Of a stretch of DNA of 64,000 nucleotides, positions 1-15,258 are shown in pieces. Position numbers and translations under genes: made by a program. The stretch is from Eledone cirrhosa (Eukaryota), in NCBI GenBank assembly GCA_964016885.1, contig OZ024759.1, forward strand, positions 17,484,001 to 17,548,000, read 5' to 3'. The notes under the pieces were generated by a model that was given only the letters and a program-made list of their open reading frames with translations, was not told the origin of the DNA and ran no database searches. Position 1 is the stretch's first letter. The number at the start of each line of letters is the position of its first letter.

Positions 1-647
1 AGTAGATGACAAAGGACCATGACGAATGGAGAGATGCTGTGCTGAAGAGGACCTGTCCCACTCTTGCAAGCAGGGAAAAGTGGACATGAAATGACGATGA
101 TTTCCCTGGTAGTCAGTGATGAGGCATGTGGCTTAGGGGTAAGCTTGTTCAACTTAGGCTCATGATGTCGGGGTTCAATTCCTGGACTGGGTTGTGTAAT
201 GTGATCTTGGGCGAAATATTTCATTTCACGTTGCTCTTGTATATTCAACTGAAAATAAGTACTAGCAGTACCTGGGGGTCTAACCTTGCAGTGGACTGGT
301 GTCCAGGTGTTACTCTTGTACTCACAGTTGCTTCATGTCATGGAAACTGGGATAAAAACCAGTCTGATGAGTCTCTGGGCTAGAGACAGACTTTAGAACT
401 GACTTCCCAGACACATCAGGGGTTCACATCTTGCTTACATATGATTCCATGTTCTACTGAGTGCATTTTATCATAGCACCATCACTAGAGAGGTTTTCAT
501 GTTTTTGACACAACTGAAGGGTCCTCCCAACCCTGTGTTTGATAAGCTTTCAATGGCTGGATGTCCTTTCTATCACTAACTATCTCTATATTTATATAAT
601 GTACGAGATAAGAGTTTCACTATAAAATGTTTTTATTGCATCTTAAT

Positions 648-733
648 TGTTACATATGTTTCACAGATGATTGGCTCAAGGTCTTCATTGATGTGATAGT
701 CCTGACTCCAGTATCGATCTACTCCTCAAACAT
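648..733 (-). ncRNA. Hammerhead motif (C3U variant or decayed), same family as 36721
   Basis: tgt-TTGAGGA-GTAG...accttgagccaatcat-CTGT-GAAAC-ATAT-GTA-aca, with AATAAA downstream. Confidence 0.55.
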
Positions 734-3700
734 GTGGATTCAATTCAAAACATGCTGAATAATCTTTTCTGTATATAGGCGTGTTGTGTGTGTATATATA
801 TGTGTGTGTATTACATAACAATATTACACAATATAGATTGGCTATTGTTTGGTTTCCTACTTAAGCAGGTCAATTTATATAAGATAATATATTTCTCACC
901 TGTTCAGTATTTTATCAAATTATTTATGTTTATATATGGCAAATTTTGTAGAAATATGAGGGAAAATGAGATTTTCTGTAAGATTTAGCTATAATGTCTA
1001 AAAGAGTTAGTGTCAAGAGCATCCGGCTGTAAAATGTTACCTCAAAATGTCGAGTCCAACCCATGCCAACTAGAAAACTCAATGTAAAACCAATGCTGAT
1101 ACATAATGCTGTTGTATAATAATTATAAAAAAGCTCTGTCCACACTGAGAGCGCCCAATCCATACTATAAAGTGGTCATTTTGGTGCCATGACTGTATGG
1201 AAGTTTTAAATAGCTATAAACAGCTTGGTAGTGTAGAACGAGGGAGAGTTTAAGGCAAAGGTGGGGAGTGATTGTGCTTCCAAGAAGGAAGCAAATATTT
1301 TCTGAAATGATGGCAAGATGTAAAGATTTTACTTATAGAATTGAGGTATTCTCTGGAATATTTTAATCCTTGAAGAATTGGTCGTTTCTCTCTTGGGAAT
1401 ATTATGATGGAAGGTTTAGATAGCTATAGACAGTTTGGTACCATATAATTGTTTCTACTTTTGGCACAAGGCCAGCAATTACCCAGCGCATTACTGGTAC
1501 TTTATTTTGGTACCATATAATGAGGGACAGTTTAAGCAGTTATGTATCAAAATGGTTAAGAAAAATATTGGCATATTTAGTTTTGGCATTTTTCATTTTA
1601 TAAAAAAATGTTATTTCATTTTTTAATTTAAAAGAGAAAATTATTTCGTGCTCAGTCTAATTTAATTTTTAAGCTCTTTTAATGTAATTTAGTTTGACTT
1701 AATTTTAATTTAATTATTAATGTGAAAAACAACTGCAAGGGTGAAATATAATTTTATAAAATCATTTTTATGCAATAATTTTATCCAAAATACAATAAAT
1801 AACAAATTAATAATTTAAATTATTTATTTTTTACTAGTTTGTTGTAATTTAAAATTTGCTTTGGTATTTAAATTTAATGTCCAATGTCACTGTAAATTTA
1901 GGGAATAGAATGTTAAGACTGCCATAATAAAAGGTTGCTGATTCCTTATTCCATCTGCTTGTGCTGTATTACATGCAAGGCCCAGACAATCACTGTATAT
2001 ACTCAAATATAAGTCAAGGAATATGTGACCCCTAAAATGAAATCGATGGTATAATAATGGGTGGGGTTTGTTTATATATGCCATCTAAACAATGTGTTGA
2101 TTAGTTGCCTCAGCTTATAAATGGGGTTTAGATATTTGCTCATTTTTTAGACGTAAAATAGGGGGTTGGCTTATATTCAGATCAGCTTATATTTGAGTAG
2201 ATACAGTAGTTTATTAATAGTACAGTACACCTAGCTTCAAGTACGCATAAACAAAACAAAACAAAGCAACAAAACAAAACAAAACATATGCAACCAAACA
2301 AAAAACAAATAGATGCTGGCATGGCTGTGGGGCTAAGGGATTCACTTTGCAACCATGTAGTGCTTTCAGGCTTAGTATTAGACTTGAAAAAAAAAATTAG
2401 TAGCATGATTATGATCAGTTAAATGCCTTCAAAGCTGTGCCCCAGCATGGCCACAGTCTAATGAAAAAACTGATAAAAGAATAAAATAGATTAAAAAAAA
2501 AAAAGCAACAACATCAAAAGTAATGTAGTGGTTTCAGGTTTAATATTAGACTTGAAAAAACAAATTATTGTATGGATATGATCAGTTATGCCTTGAAGGC
2601 TGTGTCACAGCATGGCCACAGTCTAATGAAAAAAACTGATAAAAGAATAAAATAAATAAAAAAAAAAAGCAACATCAAAAGTAATGGTTGCAATCAGGAA
2701 GACTATCCAGCCATAGAAAACAGCTGAAAAACAGTTTCACCTAACCCATACTATCATGGAAAAACAGACATTGACACTTTTGATACCATTTGATACCTCC
2801 CACGAGTCTACAATATAAAACTGTTTATGTAATGGATGATGTGCTCAAGCACAAAGATGCTATAAAATAACTTATAAAATAGGGTGAAAATCCTTAAAAG
2901 ATGGCAAAAGAAATTGCCATCGGTCACTCAGCCTATTTAATAAGCTATCTTATAGCTTCTCTGCACATAAGCACATTATCATTTACATTAGCTCCATATT
3001 CTCAGCACTTAAAAGTCCAAGAGATTGGTTTTGTATATTGCTTAAAAAACTATTTGTTCTAAAGTGTTTATATTTATCTAATAACCTTCCACCATAATTT
3101 CATAGAAGAATCTTTATGCTCCAAACAGTAGAATAATAATTGTTTCTACTTTTGGTGCAAGACCAGCAATTACCCCAGTGCATTACTGGTACTTTATTTT
3201 ATCGACCCCTGCAAGGACAAAAGGCAAAGTTAACCTCAGCGGGATTTGAGCTCAGAACATAAAGAGCCATAACTCTATGCTGTAAAGCACGGTGAATGAC
3301 GCTCTACCGATATTGCCAAGAGAGAGTTAGTTATATTTTTGAATCCCTCTAAATTAATGATTATTTTCAAAATATGAAAATCATGGACAGTGTTTTTTGA
3401 TAAAAAATATAGTAGCAGATTGGTTATATTGATCTCTTTGGTTATGAACTGTAATCTGATGGTGATGATGACATGATAGTTGTGGAAAATTTAGCTGTTA
3501 GTTTTAGCACATCAAGTGACTGCATAGATCTAGATTAATGAAGTGTCTCTCTTTACATGGAAGTAAAAATCCTGAGCAGTTCACTCTATGTGTGAGGGAA
3601 AGTATCCTGAAATAGGTGAGGCCATTTTCACAAATGATGGAAGGCAGAAGGCTGAATTAAATGTAAGAAGTAGTGGAGCTGGTGCAATAATGCATCAGCT

Positions 3701-3789
3701 TTAGAACCATCACCATGAAAATGTAGGAAGTTGTAAAAGCCAAACTCTCTATTTTCAATTTGCTGATTTTACCTACCTTTGGTTGTTGT

Positions 3790-4290
3790 CATGTATTTTG
3801 GGTAATGACCGAAAGATATGATTGCAAATACAAGCAATGGAAATAAGGTTTCTGTGAAAAGTAACTGGAGTGAGGATACATGATATGGTGCATAGCTCGG
3901 AGATCGAGGAGTTTCTCTAAGGAAAGTTGCTATTTCTCCGTTTTTTTCACACTGTAGACATGTAGTTAGAATGTCTAAGGAGTGAATCAGAGCTCGGAGA
4001 TCAAGGAGTTTCTCTAGGGAGAGTCGCTATTTCTCCATTTCTCCACACTGTAGACATGTAGTTAGAATGTCTAAGGAGAGAATTGCTACATTTTATTATT
4101 TTATGGGCAAAGCCAACTGGATGGAAGCCCAGGGATAAACCACGAGAAAGATGGTTGGATAACATCCATAAGTTTAGTTGGTCTTGCTTGGGAATACATA
4201 CAGATCATTTGGAGACGATTGTTTTCTGATAAGACCCTGTGAAAGTCATGTCTAAGGACACAGATTCCACCCTTCCCCCATCGTCTCAGC
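3790..4290 (+). mobile_element. Degraded RTE (Expander/Rex3-like) 3' fragment with internal ~98-bp duplication
   Basis: Translates to VMTER..QIQAMEIRFL.KVTGV and PTGWKPRDKPRERWLDNI. Segment 3893-3982 is repeated at 3991-4080. Confidence 0.65.
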
Positions 4291-4469
4291 AATTAGTGTG
4301 TGTAGATGGACATATTGGACATGTTATATTTGAAATAATGGTGTTTAAAATGCTTGGTAAACATAAATCAACATTCTCAGAGTTAGTTTGATTGTCAGTT
4401 TGCTGGGTGGAAGGGTCAACCAATCAGTTGCACATTCACATACACACATGCATATATATCTGTATGCAT

Positions 4470-4733
4470 GTGTATCTGTATGTATCTATCTATGTATTTA
4501 TGCATGTATGTACCTATCTATTAGATATATATATATTTATATGTATGTATCTCTCTCTCTATATATGTATATATATGTATATATATATATTTATGTATAT
4601 ATATGTATATATATATATTTATGTATATATATGTATGTATATATATATTTATGTATATATGTATGTATATGTATATATGTATGTATATATATATGTATAT
4701 ATATGTATGTATATATGTATGTATATATATATG

Positions 4734-4768
<35 letters not shown>

Positions 4769-5522
4769 GTGTATGTATATATATATGTATATATATGTGT
4801 ATGTATATATATATGTATATATATGTGTATGTATATATATATGTATATATATGTGTATGTATATATATATATGTATGTATATGTATATATGTGTATGTAT
4901 ATATATATGTATATATATGTATATATATGTATATATGTATATGTATATATATGTATATATATATGTATATATTTATGTATGTATGTATATATATATGTAT
5001 ATATTTATGTATGTATGTATATATATATATGTATGTTTATATATATGTATATATATATATGTATATATATATATATGTATATATGTATATGTATGTATAT
5101 ATATATGTATATATATGTATGTATATATATGTATATATGTATATATATGTATATATGTATATATATGTATATATGTATGTATATATATGTATATATGTAT
5201 GTATATATATGTATATATGTATGTATATGTATATATATGTATATATATGTATATGTATATATATGTATATGTATGTATATGTATGTATATATGTATATGT
5301 ATGTATATATATGTATATGTATGTATATATATGTATATGTATATATATATGTATATGTATATATATATATGTATATGTATATATATATGTATATGTATAT
5401 ATATATGTATATGTATATATATATGTATATGTATATGTATATATATATGTATATGTATATATATATGTATATGTATATATATATGTATATGTATATATAT
5501 ATGTATATGTATATATATATGT

Positions 5523-5555
<33 letters not shown>

Positions 5556-5615
5556 TATATATATGTATATATATATATGTATGTATATATATATATATAT
5601 ATGTATATGTATATG

Positions 5616-5646
<31 letters not shown>

Positions 5647-5705
5647 GTATGTATATATATATATATGTATGTATATATATATGTATATGTATATATATAT
5701 GTATG

Positions 5706-5742
<37 letters not shown>

Positions 5743-6070
5743 GTATGTATATGTATGTATGTATATATTTGTGTATATATGTGTATATATATGTGAATAT
5801 ATATAAATATATGTATATATATATATAAATGTATGTATATATGTATATATATGTGTATATATATAAATATGTATATCTATATATATCTATGTATATATAT
5901 GTATGTATCTATCTATCTCTCTCTCTATATATATAGTAATGTATATATATATATATGTTTGTGTGTATATCAACAGACATATGTATATATATATATATGT
6001 ACAAATCTGTGTGTGTATACGCGCACGCGCACATGCACACACACACACACACAGACACACACACACTGAC
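4470..6070. repeat. Compound (TA)n/(TATG)n microsatellite field
   Basis: Direct reading. Similar fields lie at 13260-14410, 19080-20325 and 57780-58925, and a CA-rich field at 9760-10560. Confidence 0.97.
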
Positions 6071-6639
6071 ATATATACAAACATAGAGCTGAAAGCAAAA
6101 ATGTGTAAATGCCTCTTCATTTGTAATGCATCCTTTGTTAGAAGGCCATTTCAAGTATAATAATCATCTAAAATGGTTGCTTGTCTTTGCCTTGACAACC
6201 TCCTTAGGTAATCAATTGCAGTTCATGTAGATCAATGTCCAGGAAGGCTGGTTGTATTGTTAGTTAGCTTGTTGTGGCATTGCTTCTTAAATAACTGTTG
6301 ATCATGGTTAGCATTCTAGCATTTCAACTTTACTGAGGTTACTTTTCCTTAGAGAAATGATGGCCATGTACTTCTCGTGTATCTATGGTTGAGAATAGGT
6401 ACACTGTATCGCTTGATCTTGTATGAAGTGGCTAAAAATGTTGAGGGTCGGGTTCAGGAATGGCATCTGGCTGTGCAACGTCGCCTCAAAAAGTCCTGCT
6501 CAAATCATACCAGCATTGAAAAGTCAACATAAGAACAATGATGAAGATATGTGTTGAAACATATATTGTTATACTTTGGTAGGGTCATGTTGCCTATAAA
6601 AACACACGCACCTGTTGGTTTTGACAATTTATTATAAAT

Positions 6640-6736
6640 TTCCAATTGGTTGGTTGGTTGTTTCGATAACTGGAAGGTTATTTATATATTGTCAAAGCTC
6701 TTTTGTCACACATTCTGTCACCTCCTCAGTGACTAG
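6640..6736 (-). ncRNA. Decayed hammerhead in the 3' UTR of the PLE at 6928-7560
   Basis: CTGAGGA-GGTGAC...GTTATC-GAAAC with the cleavage triplet lost, followed by AATAAA. Same strand as the PLE ORF. Confidence 0.5.
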
Positions 6737-6927
6737 GTGTTTATTTTGTGTGTCTCTCTTTTGTTTTGCCCTACACCATCTTGTTTTTGTATGTTGTGTG
6801 CTAAGTTTGCGTATACATTGCATCCGGGTGTGTGTGAGCGTGTTTATTTACTTGTTCTATCTGTGTGTATCTGATTTGTTTTGTTAGTTTGATTTTTGTG
6901 TGTGTCTGTTTGTCTTCATTTTGTCCT

Positions 6928-7560
6928 TAATTACTAGTTGTGATGTTGCTATTCCACTCATGTTTTCTGTTTAATTTTGGTTGGAGTTCGTTTATACTTG
7001 TCAACTCTGATTTATCTGTGCATTGCATCTTTTCTGTGTGTGGATATAATTTTTATCTCTGTTCTATTTATCCCAATGTTCTATTTTTGAATGTTGGTGG
7101 TGTACTGATGAGTTTTTCCCATCCTGGAGTTCTCTCCAGTGTTCACTTATCCTTTCTCCTATGTTACGGGCTGTTTCACCTATGTATGTTATATTCTTAT
7201 TCCTACACTGTCCCTCAGTACATCTTATCCTATATACCTACATTCCTAGTTTTACAGTTAGTTTGCAGGGTTAGCTTGCAGACTATGCATTTCCTATCAG
7301 CACATGGGGATCTTTGAAATGGGTATGTTTTGCTAATTAGGGTTTTTATGGGAATACCTGGTCTTTCAACTATTTTAATATTTAAATTGAACTTGTCTAG
7401 GGCCCTTCTAAATCTATAAGCTAGTTCGCCTCTAGGGGTTGTATTGACGAACATTACACTCTGATATTTATTGCTATCATACTATGAGTTTATGTTATTT
7501 GCCTTATTCTTAATCCTTTCTATTTTGGGGTAAGTTCCATTTGCATCATTTTCTACAATC
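6928..7560 (-). mobile_element. Penelope-like element 3' coding remnant (Cys-rich linker and GIY-YIG endonuclease), frameshifted
   Basis: ORF 7230-7454 (TPRGELA..KIVERPG..CADRKCIVC..NCKTRNVG) continues after a frameshift as YRIRC..C....YIGETARNIGERISEH and ends INELQPKLNRKHEW. Confidence 0.88.
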
Positions 7561-8702
7561 TTTGCAACCACAAAGCCACATGCCTTCACTTGTGCTCAAG
7601 ATATTTAATGGCGATAGGGCAATGTCTTCATATATTGAACAGGCAATAGTATATAGTTAGGGTGGTATTGCAGCAATCTGGGCTCAAATGCATTAAGCAA
7701 GCAGATAATTGAAGAAAGTCAGTTGACCAACAGTAATATTGTGTTTTTTCATTCACATCAAGCTTGTGTCTGGAACTGTCTATCACATATTGAACTTGAA
7801 GTGCATCTGTATGTGTTTATCAAAAGCATGGTCAAGATATCTGATTGAGAAGGGGGTAATATCTATCAGATTGAACTTGAAGTGCATCTGTATGTGTTTA
7901 TCAAAAGCATGGTCAAGATATCTGATTGAGAAGGGGGCAATGTCATCATAAAAATTAATGGAAAACCAGTTATATCCAGATATTACGCTATCCTCATAAA
8001 CAGTTGGGACATCACTGACCACTTCCACCACACAATTAACATAAAAAAGAGACCATACATTACTATTGACCATTGATATCTCAGAATGTTCATAAGAAAT
8101 ATCACACCATTTGTATTTGAGATAAATAACATATCATCAGTGTCAAAAATATCGCTTTTCTCATATTATTCCATTTACTATCGCTTAGATATTACATTAT
8201 TGATATCCTCTGATATCAGTATCCCAAATACCATGCTATTTTTATCACACAATAGTCCTTTTAAATACTGTATTCGATATACTGTTATTATTCTAAATGT
8301 GCAGTTGATATCATGATATCTTAAATGTCACATTGTTATCCTAAATATCACTTTATTCAAATATCCTTTGTATCCTATTTATTGCCCTGAGGAAACTTTC
8401 GTAATAGAGAATGATGGATAGAAGTGTCTTTTATTTTCGATTTTATTAAATTCTTTCTTGATAGAAAACGTTTGTGTGTGTGTGTAGTTGAATGTGTAGT
8501 ATTGCACACACACTCAACTATATACACATACACATGCACTCACACATACATGTGCAATACTTCCTATACAAATATACACACACACACACTCAACTACACA
8601 CACATACACACACACACACACATGTGCAATACTACATATACAAATGCACACACACTCAACTACACAAACACTCTACACACTCACACACATCTGTATGTAT
8701 GT

Positions 8703-8834
8703 ATTTCCTGGTGATTTCTCATGAATGAAACAGTTCTAGTCCTCTAGAAGCTCTTCTATATTAAAACATTTATACTCTGCTATGTATTGAGTACCTTACT
8801 TACTGTGGTTACCCCCAATTCAACCCGGAATAAC
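8703..8834 (+). mobile_element. Short HHR-bearing PLE terminal-repeat fragment; relatives at 35742-35925, 36482-36617, 39215-39299 and 63012-63224
   Basis: Dispersed repeat CTG(A/G)TGATTTC....GAATGAAACAGTTCTAGTCCTGTAGAAG...TACTCTGC..TATTGAGTACCTTACTTACTGTGGTTACCCC. Confidence 0.7.
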
Positions 8835-9016
8835 TTATATATATATATATACACATAATTATATAAATGGAGAAAGCTAATAGCGATACTCCAACCAATT
8901 TCCAACTCACTCAACAAACATTAGGAAATACTGGAGTATATTCCCAATTAAACGTTTGGGGTGCTAACCATATTGTATTGTGTGGATAACTGGCTGTATT
9001 ATTTTATATGAGATAA

Positions 9017-9350
9017 GGGTGGTTGGTGGATTGGCAGTATCGGTAGAGGGTCGGATGCCATGCTTAGCAGCATAGAGTTATGGCGCTTTATGATCTGAGT
9101 TCAAATCCCGCCGAGGTTAACTTTGCCTTTCATCCTTACGGGGTCGATAAAATAAAGTACCAGTTACATACTAGGGTCGATTTAATCGACTTTCCCCTGC
9201 CCCAAAATTGCTGGGGTTGTGCCTATATAAGAAACCATTATTTTATATGAGAGGTTAACTTTGCCTTTCATCCTTACGGGGTCGATAAAATAAAGTACCA
9301 GTAATGCACTGGGTAATTGCTGGCCTTGTGCCTAAAGTAGAAACAATTAT
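9017..9350 (+). mobile_element. Same SINE family: long-variant copy plus truncated short-variant copy
   Basis: A/B boxes and body motif present, with the flank ttttatatgaga repeated three times. Confidence 0.85.
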
Positions 9351-9796
9351 TTTATATGAGATATATTAAAGATCTCATATATATATATATATATATATAT
9401 GCTTACACGTAAATTAGACCGTTATTGCTCCAATCAGTCTACAAACAACATCATCATCATCACCACACACATCACTGTTTTTTGTCTATTCTCCATGTTT
9501 ACATGAGTTAGACAGGCTCTCATGTTCAGAGGCTAGACAAGTCAGGTGACAACATCCTTCAGACATATACATTCCATTCTACAGTTGGAAACCCTTCCTA
9601 ATGCCAACCACTTCATGGCATGTTTAGGTTCTGTTTTATTGTGGCACTGGCTCTGGCTATACCACATGTCTATCATTGTCTGACTGGCTCAGACCGCCTT
9701 TTATTTCAACACTGGTTTTGTTTTAACTGGTGTGAAATACATACACATCTTTGCTAGGCACACACACATACTCACACTCACATACCCACACATGCC

Positions 9797-9832
<36 letters not shown>

Positions 9833-11179
9833 TATACACACATAATCTCACACACACACATAATCACACTCACACACACACACATATACACACCTAATCA
9901 CACACACACATACTCACACTCACATACCCACACATGCCTATACACACACACACACATAATCACACTCACATACCCACACACATACACACACGCCTATACA
10001 CACGCCTATACACACAATCACACACACATACCCACGCATATACGCACACATGCCTATACACACACACACACACCCACCTATACACACATATCCACACACA
10101 TACACACATACACATCCACACACATACTCACACACACACACATACTCACACACACATACTCACACACGCATACATATACACACATACCTATAAACACACA
10201 CCCATACACACACACATACTTACACATAATCACACGTGCACACATAATCACACGTGCACACATAATCACACACGCACACATAATCACACACGCACACATA
10301 ATCACACATGCACACATACTCACACACACACACTTACTCACATGCGCGCACACAAACTCACGCGCGCACACATACACATGCGCACACATACTCACACATA
10401 CTCAAACACACCTATAGACACACATACTGTCTCTCCCTCACACACACACACTCATACAGGTGCACTCTCTACTCTAATTTAAACATACACTGCCAGAAAG
10501 CCACCAAGTAGCCTGCTACACACACACACACACACATTTACACACACTATTACATATATACACATATAACTGTTTCTACTTTAGGCACAAGGCCAGCAAT
10601 TACCCAGTGCATTACTGGTACTTTATTTTATCGACACACACATATAATTGTTTCTACTTTAGGCACAAGGCCAGCAATTACCCAGTGCATTACTGGTACT
10701 TTATTTTATCGACCCCGTAAGGATGAAAGGCAAAGTCAACCTCGGCGGGATTTGAACTCAGATCGTAAAGGGACGTAACTATGCTGGAAAGCATGGCGTC
10801 CGACCCTCTACCGATACTGCCAATCTACTACACAATTATATATATATATACACACACACACACACGTATATAATACACTGTCATATACACCCTTACAACA
10901 CTATATTTGATACACACATAGCTACACACAAAACTAGCTAATTAAAAAATACACCAAAATAGCATTACACCAACACAAATGCACACACTCCACACACACA
11001 TATATATATACACATATTAACAAAGTACTTGCTTACATTCAACAGACACAACGCATCTAGCATGCACCTGCTGCACTAATTCATTTATATGCACATTGTC
11101 ACTATACACAATATTCACTGAAGACACTTAAGAAATAAATATTGATGACAACATCAGCTGTTCCATAGATATGACAATC

Positions 11180-11850
11180 TCCGTTGTGTTAGTGATCTAT
11201 ACTATAAATGAGCACCCAGTGCACTCTGTAAAATGGTTGGTGTCAGAAAGACTGTCAAACAAAGGATCTAGAGAGTTCTTTAGTTTTGTCACCAACATGG
11301 CTACCTCTGTTCTGTTGGTGATCTATATGATGACTGCACCTAGTACACTCTGTAAAGCGGTTGGTGTCAGGAAGTGTATCCTGCTGTAGAAAGACTGTCA
11401 AAGGGTCTGGAGAATTCTTTAGTTTTGTCACCAACATGGCTACCTCCGTTGTGTTGGTGATCTATATGATGACTGCACCTAGTACACTCTGTAAAGCGGT
11501 TGGTGTCAGGAAGTGTATCCTGCTGTAGAAAGACTGTCAAAGGGTCTGGAGAATTCTTTAGTTTTGTCACCAACATGGCTACCTCCGTTGTGTTGGTGAT
11601 CTATATGATAACTGCACCCAGTACACTCTGTAATGTGGTTGGTGTCAGGAAGTGTATCCTGCTGTAGAAAGACTGTCAAAGGGTCTGGAGAATTCTTTAG
11701 TTTTGTCACCAACATGGCTACCTCCGTTGTGTTGGTGATCTATATGATAACTGCACCCAGTACACTCTGTAATGTGGTTGGTGTCAGGAAGTGCATCCTG
11801 CTGTAGAAAGACTGTCAAACAAAGAATGTAGAGAGTTAAGTTTTGTCACG
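11180..11850 (+). repeat. 139-bp tandem repeat (~4.7 units) derived from the RTE/SINE 3' UTR motif
   Basis: Identical ORF starts spaced 139 nt apart. The unit contains acactctgtaa.g.ggttggtgtcaggaagtg.atcctgctgtagaaa. Confidence 0.9.
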
Positions 11851-12930
11851 AATAGGGGTACCTCTGGTAGCCATGTTTGGTGATGTACACCCAGTATACC
11901 TTAACATAAGTATGAACGGCCACATACAGCTGGTTTGAACAGAAAGAAGTGAAAGAATTCTGGCCTGACACGGCTGGTTTAAATGTTAAAGGGTTAAGGT
12001 CGTTCTTCACTACCCAGTCCCAAGTCTTCCTGGGTCTGCTTTTTCCATGGGTTCCAGCCACTATGGTTTCATTAACCTTTTAGCATTTACTTTACCCTAT
12101 ATTTACTATTTATTTTCATGGTAAAGGCTTTACCTCACATAATTATCTCACATAATATCAAATCTATAACATTTTGATATTATTTATTTTGAGAACAATA
12201 CCCTAACATAAGTATGAGTGGGCTGTTACAGCTGGTTCGAACAGAGAGAAGTGAGAGAATTCTGGCCCGATATGGCCGGTTTAAATGCCAAAGGGTTAAG
12301 GTCGTTCTTCACTACCAGGTCCCAAGTCTTCCTGGGTTTGCCTTTTCCATGGGTTCCTGCCACTGGTTTTCTTTGCATTTCTTTATAGAGCTGCTATCTT
12401 CCATATTCATCATATGTCCTACTACAATGTATAACATACATATGTAGATTTAGCTATGATTTCATTAAGTGTGCGAGATAATAAATTTTAACAAAACATT
12501 TTTATTCTTTAAATCTACTATTATGCCTCTAGTTTTTCCTTTACCTCAATTTCTCTGCACTCAAGAAGCCAAAAGTAAAAGCAAGAAAAATGGCAGAACA
12601 GCAATAAACATTGATATCAGGTATTATTGAGACATGGCAGAAATTAGCTGAAAGAAGTTATTTGGTTAAAAATATAAAATAAAAAATCTCCAAATCTTAG
12701 AAATAGGGAATGAAATCAATAAACAAAATTTCCGAATTCCACCACAAAGAATAACTGTGAGAGGAGAAATATATTTTTATATATATATATTTTTTTTCTT
12801 TTTTTTGAACAGAAAATTTTTATTCAATTTTTCAAAAAAAAGAACAAACAAACAAAATAACATACATATTACAATTTAGTTTAAAAAAAATATACAATAA
12901 AAAATTAAAAAAGAAAAAAATGTTCAGAGC

Positions 12931-12961
<31 letters not shown>

Positions 12962-13296
12962 TGTATTTTTTTTTTTTCCGTCAAAAACATGTTTTAGAAT
13001 AGTTTTTCAGGAGCTTTTATTTTTTCAGGACAGTTATTTTTGGAAGAATTTCTGTTGGAACTGTATTTTATTTTTTAAATGGTTTCTTTGGAAAAATTTG
13101 TCTTCGAACTGGGTTTTCTAAAAACGCTTTCTTTCCTTTACGAAATAGAAGTTTGGATTTTAAATATTTCATGTAATTTTTTTCATATTGTTGTTGTTGT
13201 TTTGTTTGTATTTAGCGTGTATGTGTAAGTATGTGTATACTGCATGTATTATTTTTGTTTGTATGTGTATGTCTCTGTGCATGTCTATATATATAA

Positions 13297-13338
<42 letters not shown>

Positions 13339-13677
13339 ATATATATGTATATATGTGTATATATATATGTGTATATATATATGTGTATATATATATGTGT
13401 ATATATATATGTGTATATATATATGTGTATATATATGTGTGTATATATATGTGTATATATATATATGTGTATATATATATATATGTGTATATATATATAT
13501 ATGTGTATATGTATATATATATGTGTATATGTATATATATATGTGTATATGTATATATATATGTGTATATGTATATATGTGTATATATATATGTGTATAT
13601 ATATATATGTATATATATATGTGTATATGTATATATATATGTGTGTATATGTATATATATATGTGTATGTGTATATA

Positions 13678-13710
<33 letters not shown>

Positions 13711-14236
13711 GTGTATATATATATATATATGTGTGTGTGTATATATATGTGTGTGTGTGTATATATATGTGTGTGTGTATATATGTGTGTGTATATATGT
13801 GTATATATATGTGTATATATATATGTGTATATATATATGTGTATATATATATATGTGTATATATATATATGTGTATATATATATATATGTGTATATATAT
13901 ATGTGTATATATATATATGTGTATATATATATATGTGTATATATATATGTGTATATATATATATGTGTATATATATATATGTGTGTATATATATATATGT
14001 GTGTATATATATATGTGTGTGTATATATATATATGTGTGTATATATATATGTGTGTGTGTATATATATGTGTGTATATGTGTGTATATATATGTGTATAT
14101 GTGTATATGTGTATATATATGTGTATATATGTGTGTAAATATATGTATATATATGTATATATATATGTATATATATGTGTATATATATATGTGTATATAT
14201 AGATGTGTATATATAGATGTGTATATATATAGATGT

Positions 14237-14268
<32 letters not shown>

Positions 14269-14365
14269 GTATATATATAGATGTGTATATATATATGTAT
14301 ATATGTGTGTGTGTGTGTATATATATATGTATATATTTATATATAATGTATATATGTATATTATG

Positions 14366-14416
<51 letters not shown>

Positions 14417-14726
14417 TTGTACAGTGAAGTTATAATGCAAACATTAATAGAAAGTAGAGTGTGGCTGAGAATTAATGAAGTAGTGTAAAGATTTATTAAA
14501 AGTAAACACCAGTAAATAATTCACTTTAGTAAGTAATGCTTTGAAGTTAAATTTTCTCGTTTCTTTGATCTACCTGGATCCCTAAGGGACCATATATTTA
14601 CCCTAAATGAACACAAAAGCAAAATGATAAAATATGAGAATAAACATACATTGTGGATCATGACTCCTACGTTTTCCCCTACCCCATTCCTTTTCCCCTT
14701 TCCCTTAATTTGTTTATCATGGTATG

Positions 14727-14782
<56 letters not shown>

Positions 14783-15258
14783 GTGTGAATGTTTATTTGT
14801 TTGTTTGTATGTATATGTTTGTATAAATGTATGTTTATATTTGTATGTATATATTTTTTGTACGTTAACTTATATGTTTGTTTGTATGTTTGTATGTATG
14901 TATGTATGTATGTATGTATATATGTGTGTGTGAGTATAAAAGATGAAATTTATCGATGTATTTGTCTATGATTCGGATATTTATATCCCTTTGTTTACTC
15001 TCTGTAGATGTTTAGTAAGTGAAACGAAATAAATTCACAAAAAAAAAAAAAAAAAAAAAAATCTTTGTAGATCTATCCTGCCAACCCTACCCTCTTTACT
15101 ATAACCATGCCCCCCCACTTGCCAAAAAAATTCGAAACTGACCCCTCAAAACTTTTTTCTAACACTCTTCACAACACACTTCTTGAAACATTCTAGATGT
15201 TCAGTGTGTTTCTGATCCTTTTATCACAAATCTGTTAGTCTTGATGTTTAGACTAGAC

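Noticed and set aside
4388-5828. 300-500 aa ORFs of Y/I/M/C/V or H/T/Y/I (also 13169-14488, 19048-20394, 30180-31727, 57892-58963, 9934-10482)
   Set aside because: They are open in several frames only because TA/TG/CA microsatellites lack stop codons, and are not proteins.
9030-9115. tRNA gene
   Set aside because: The A and B boxes belong to a dispersed SINE head, and there is no cloverleaf.
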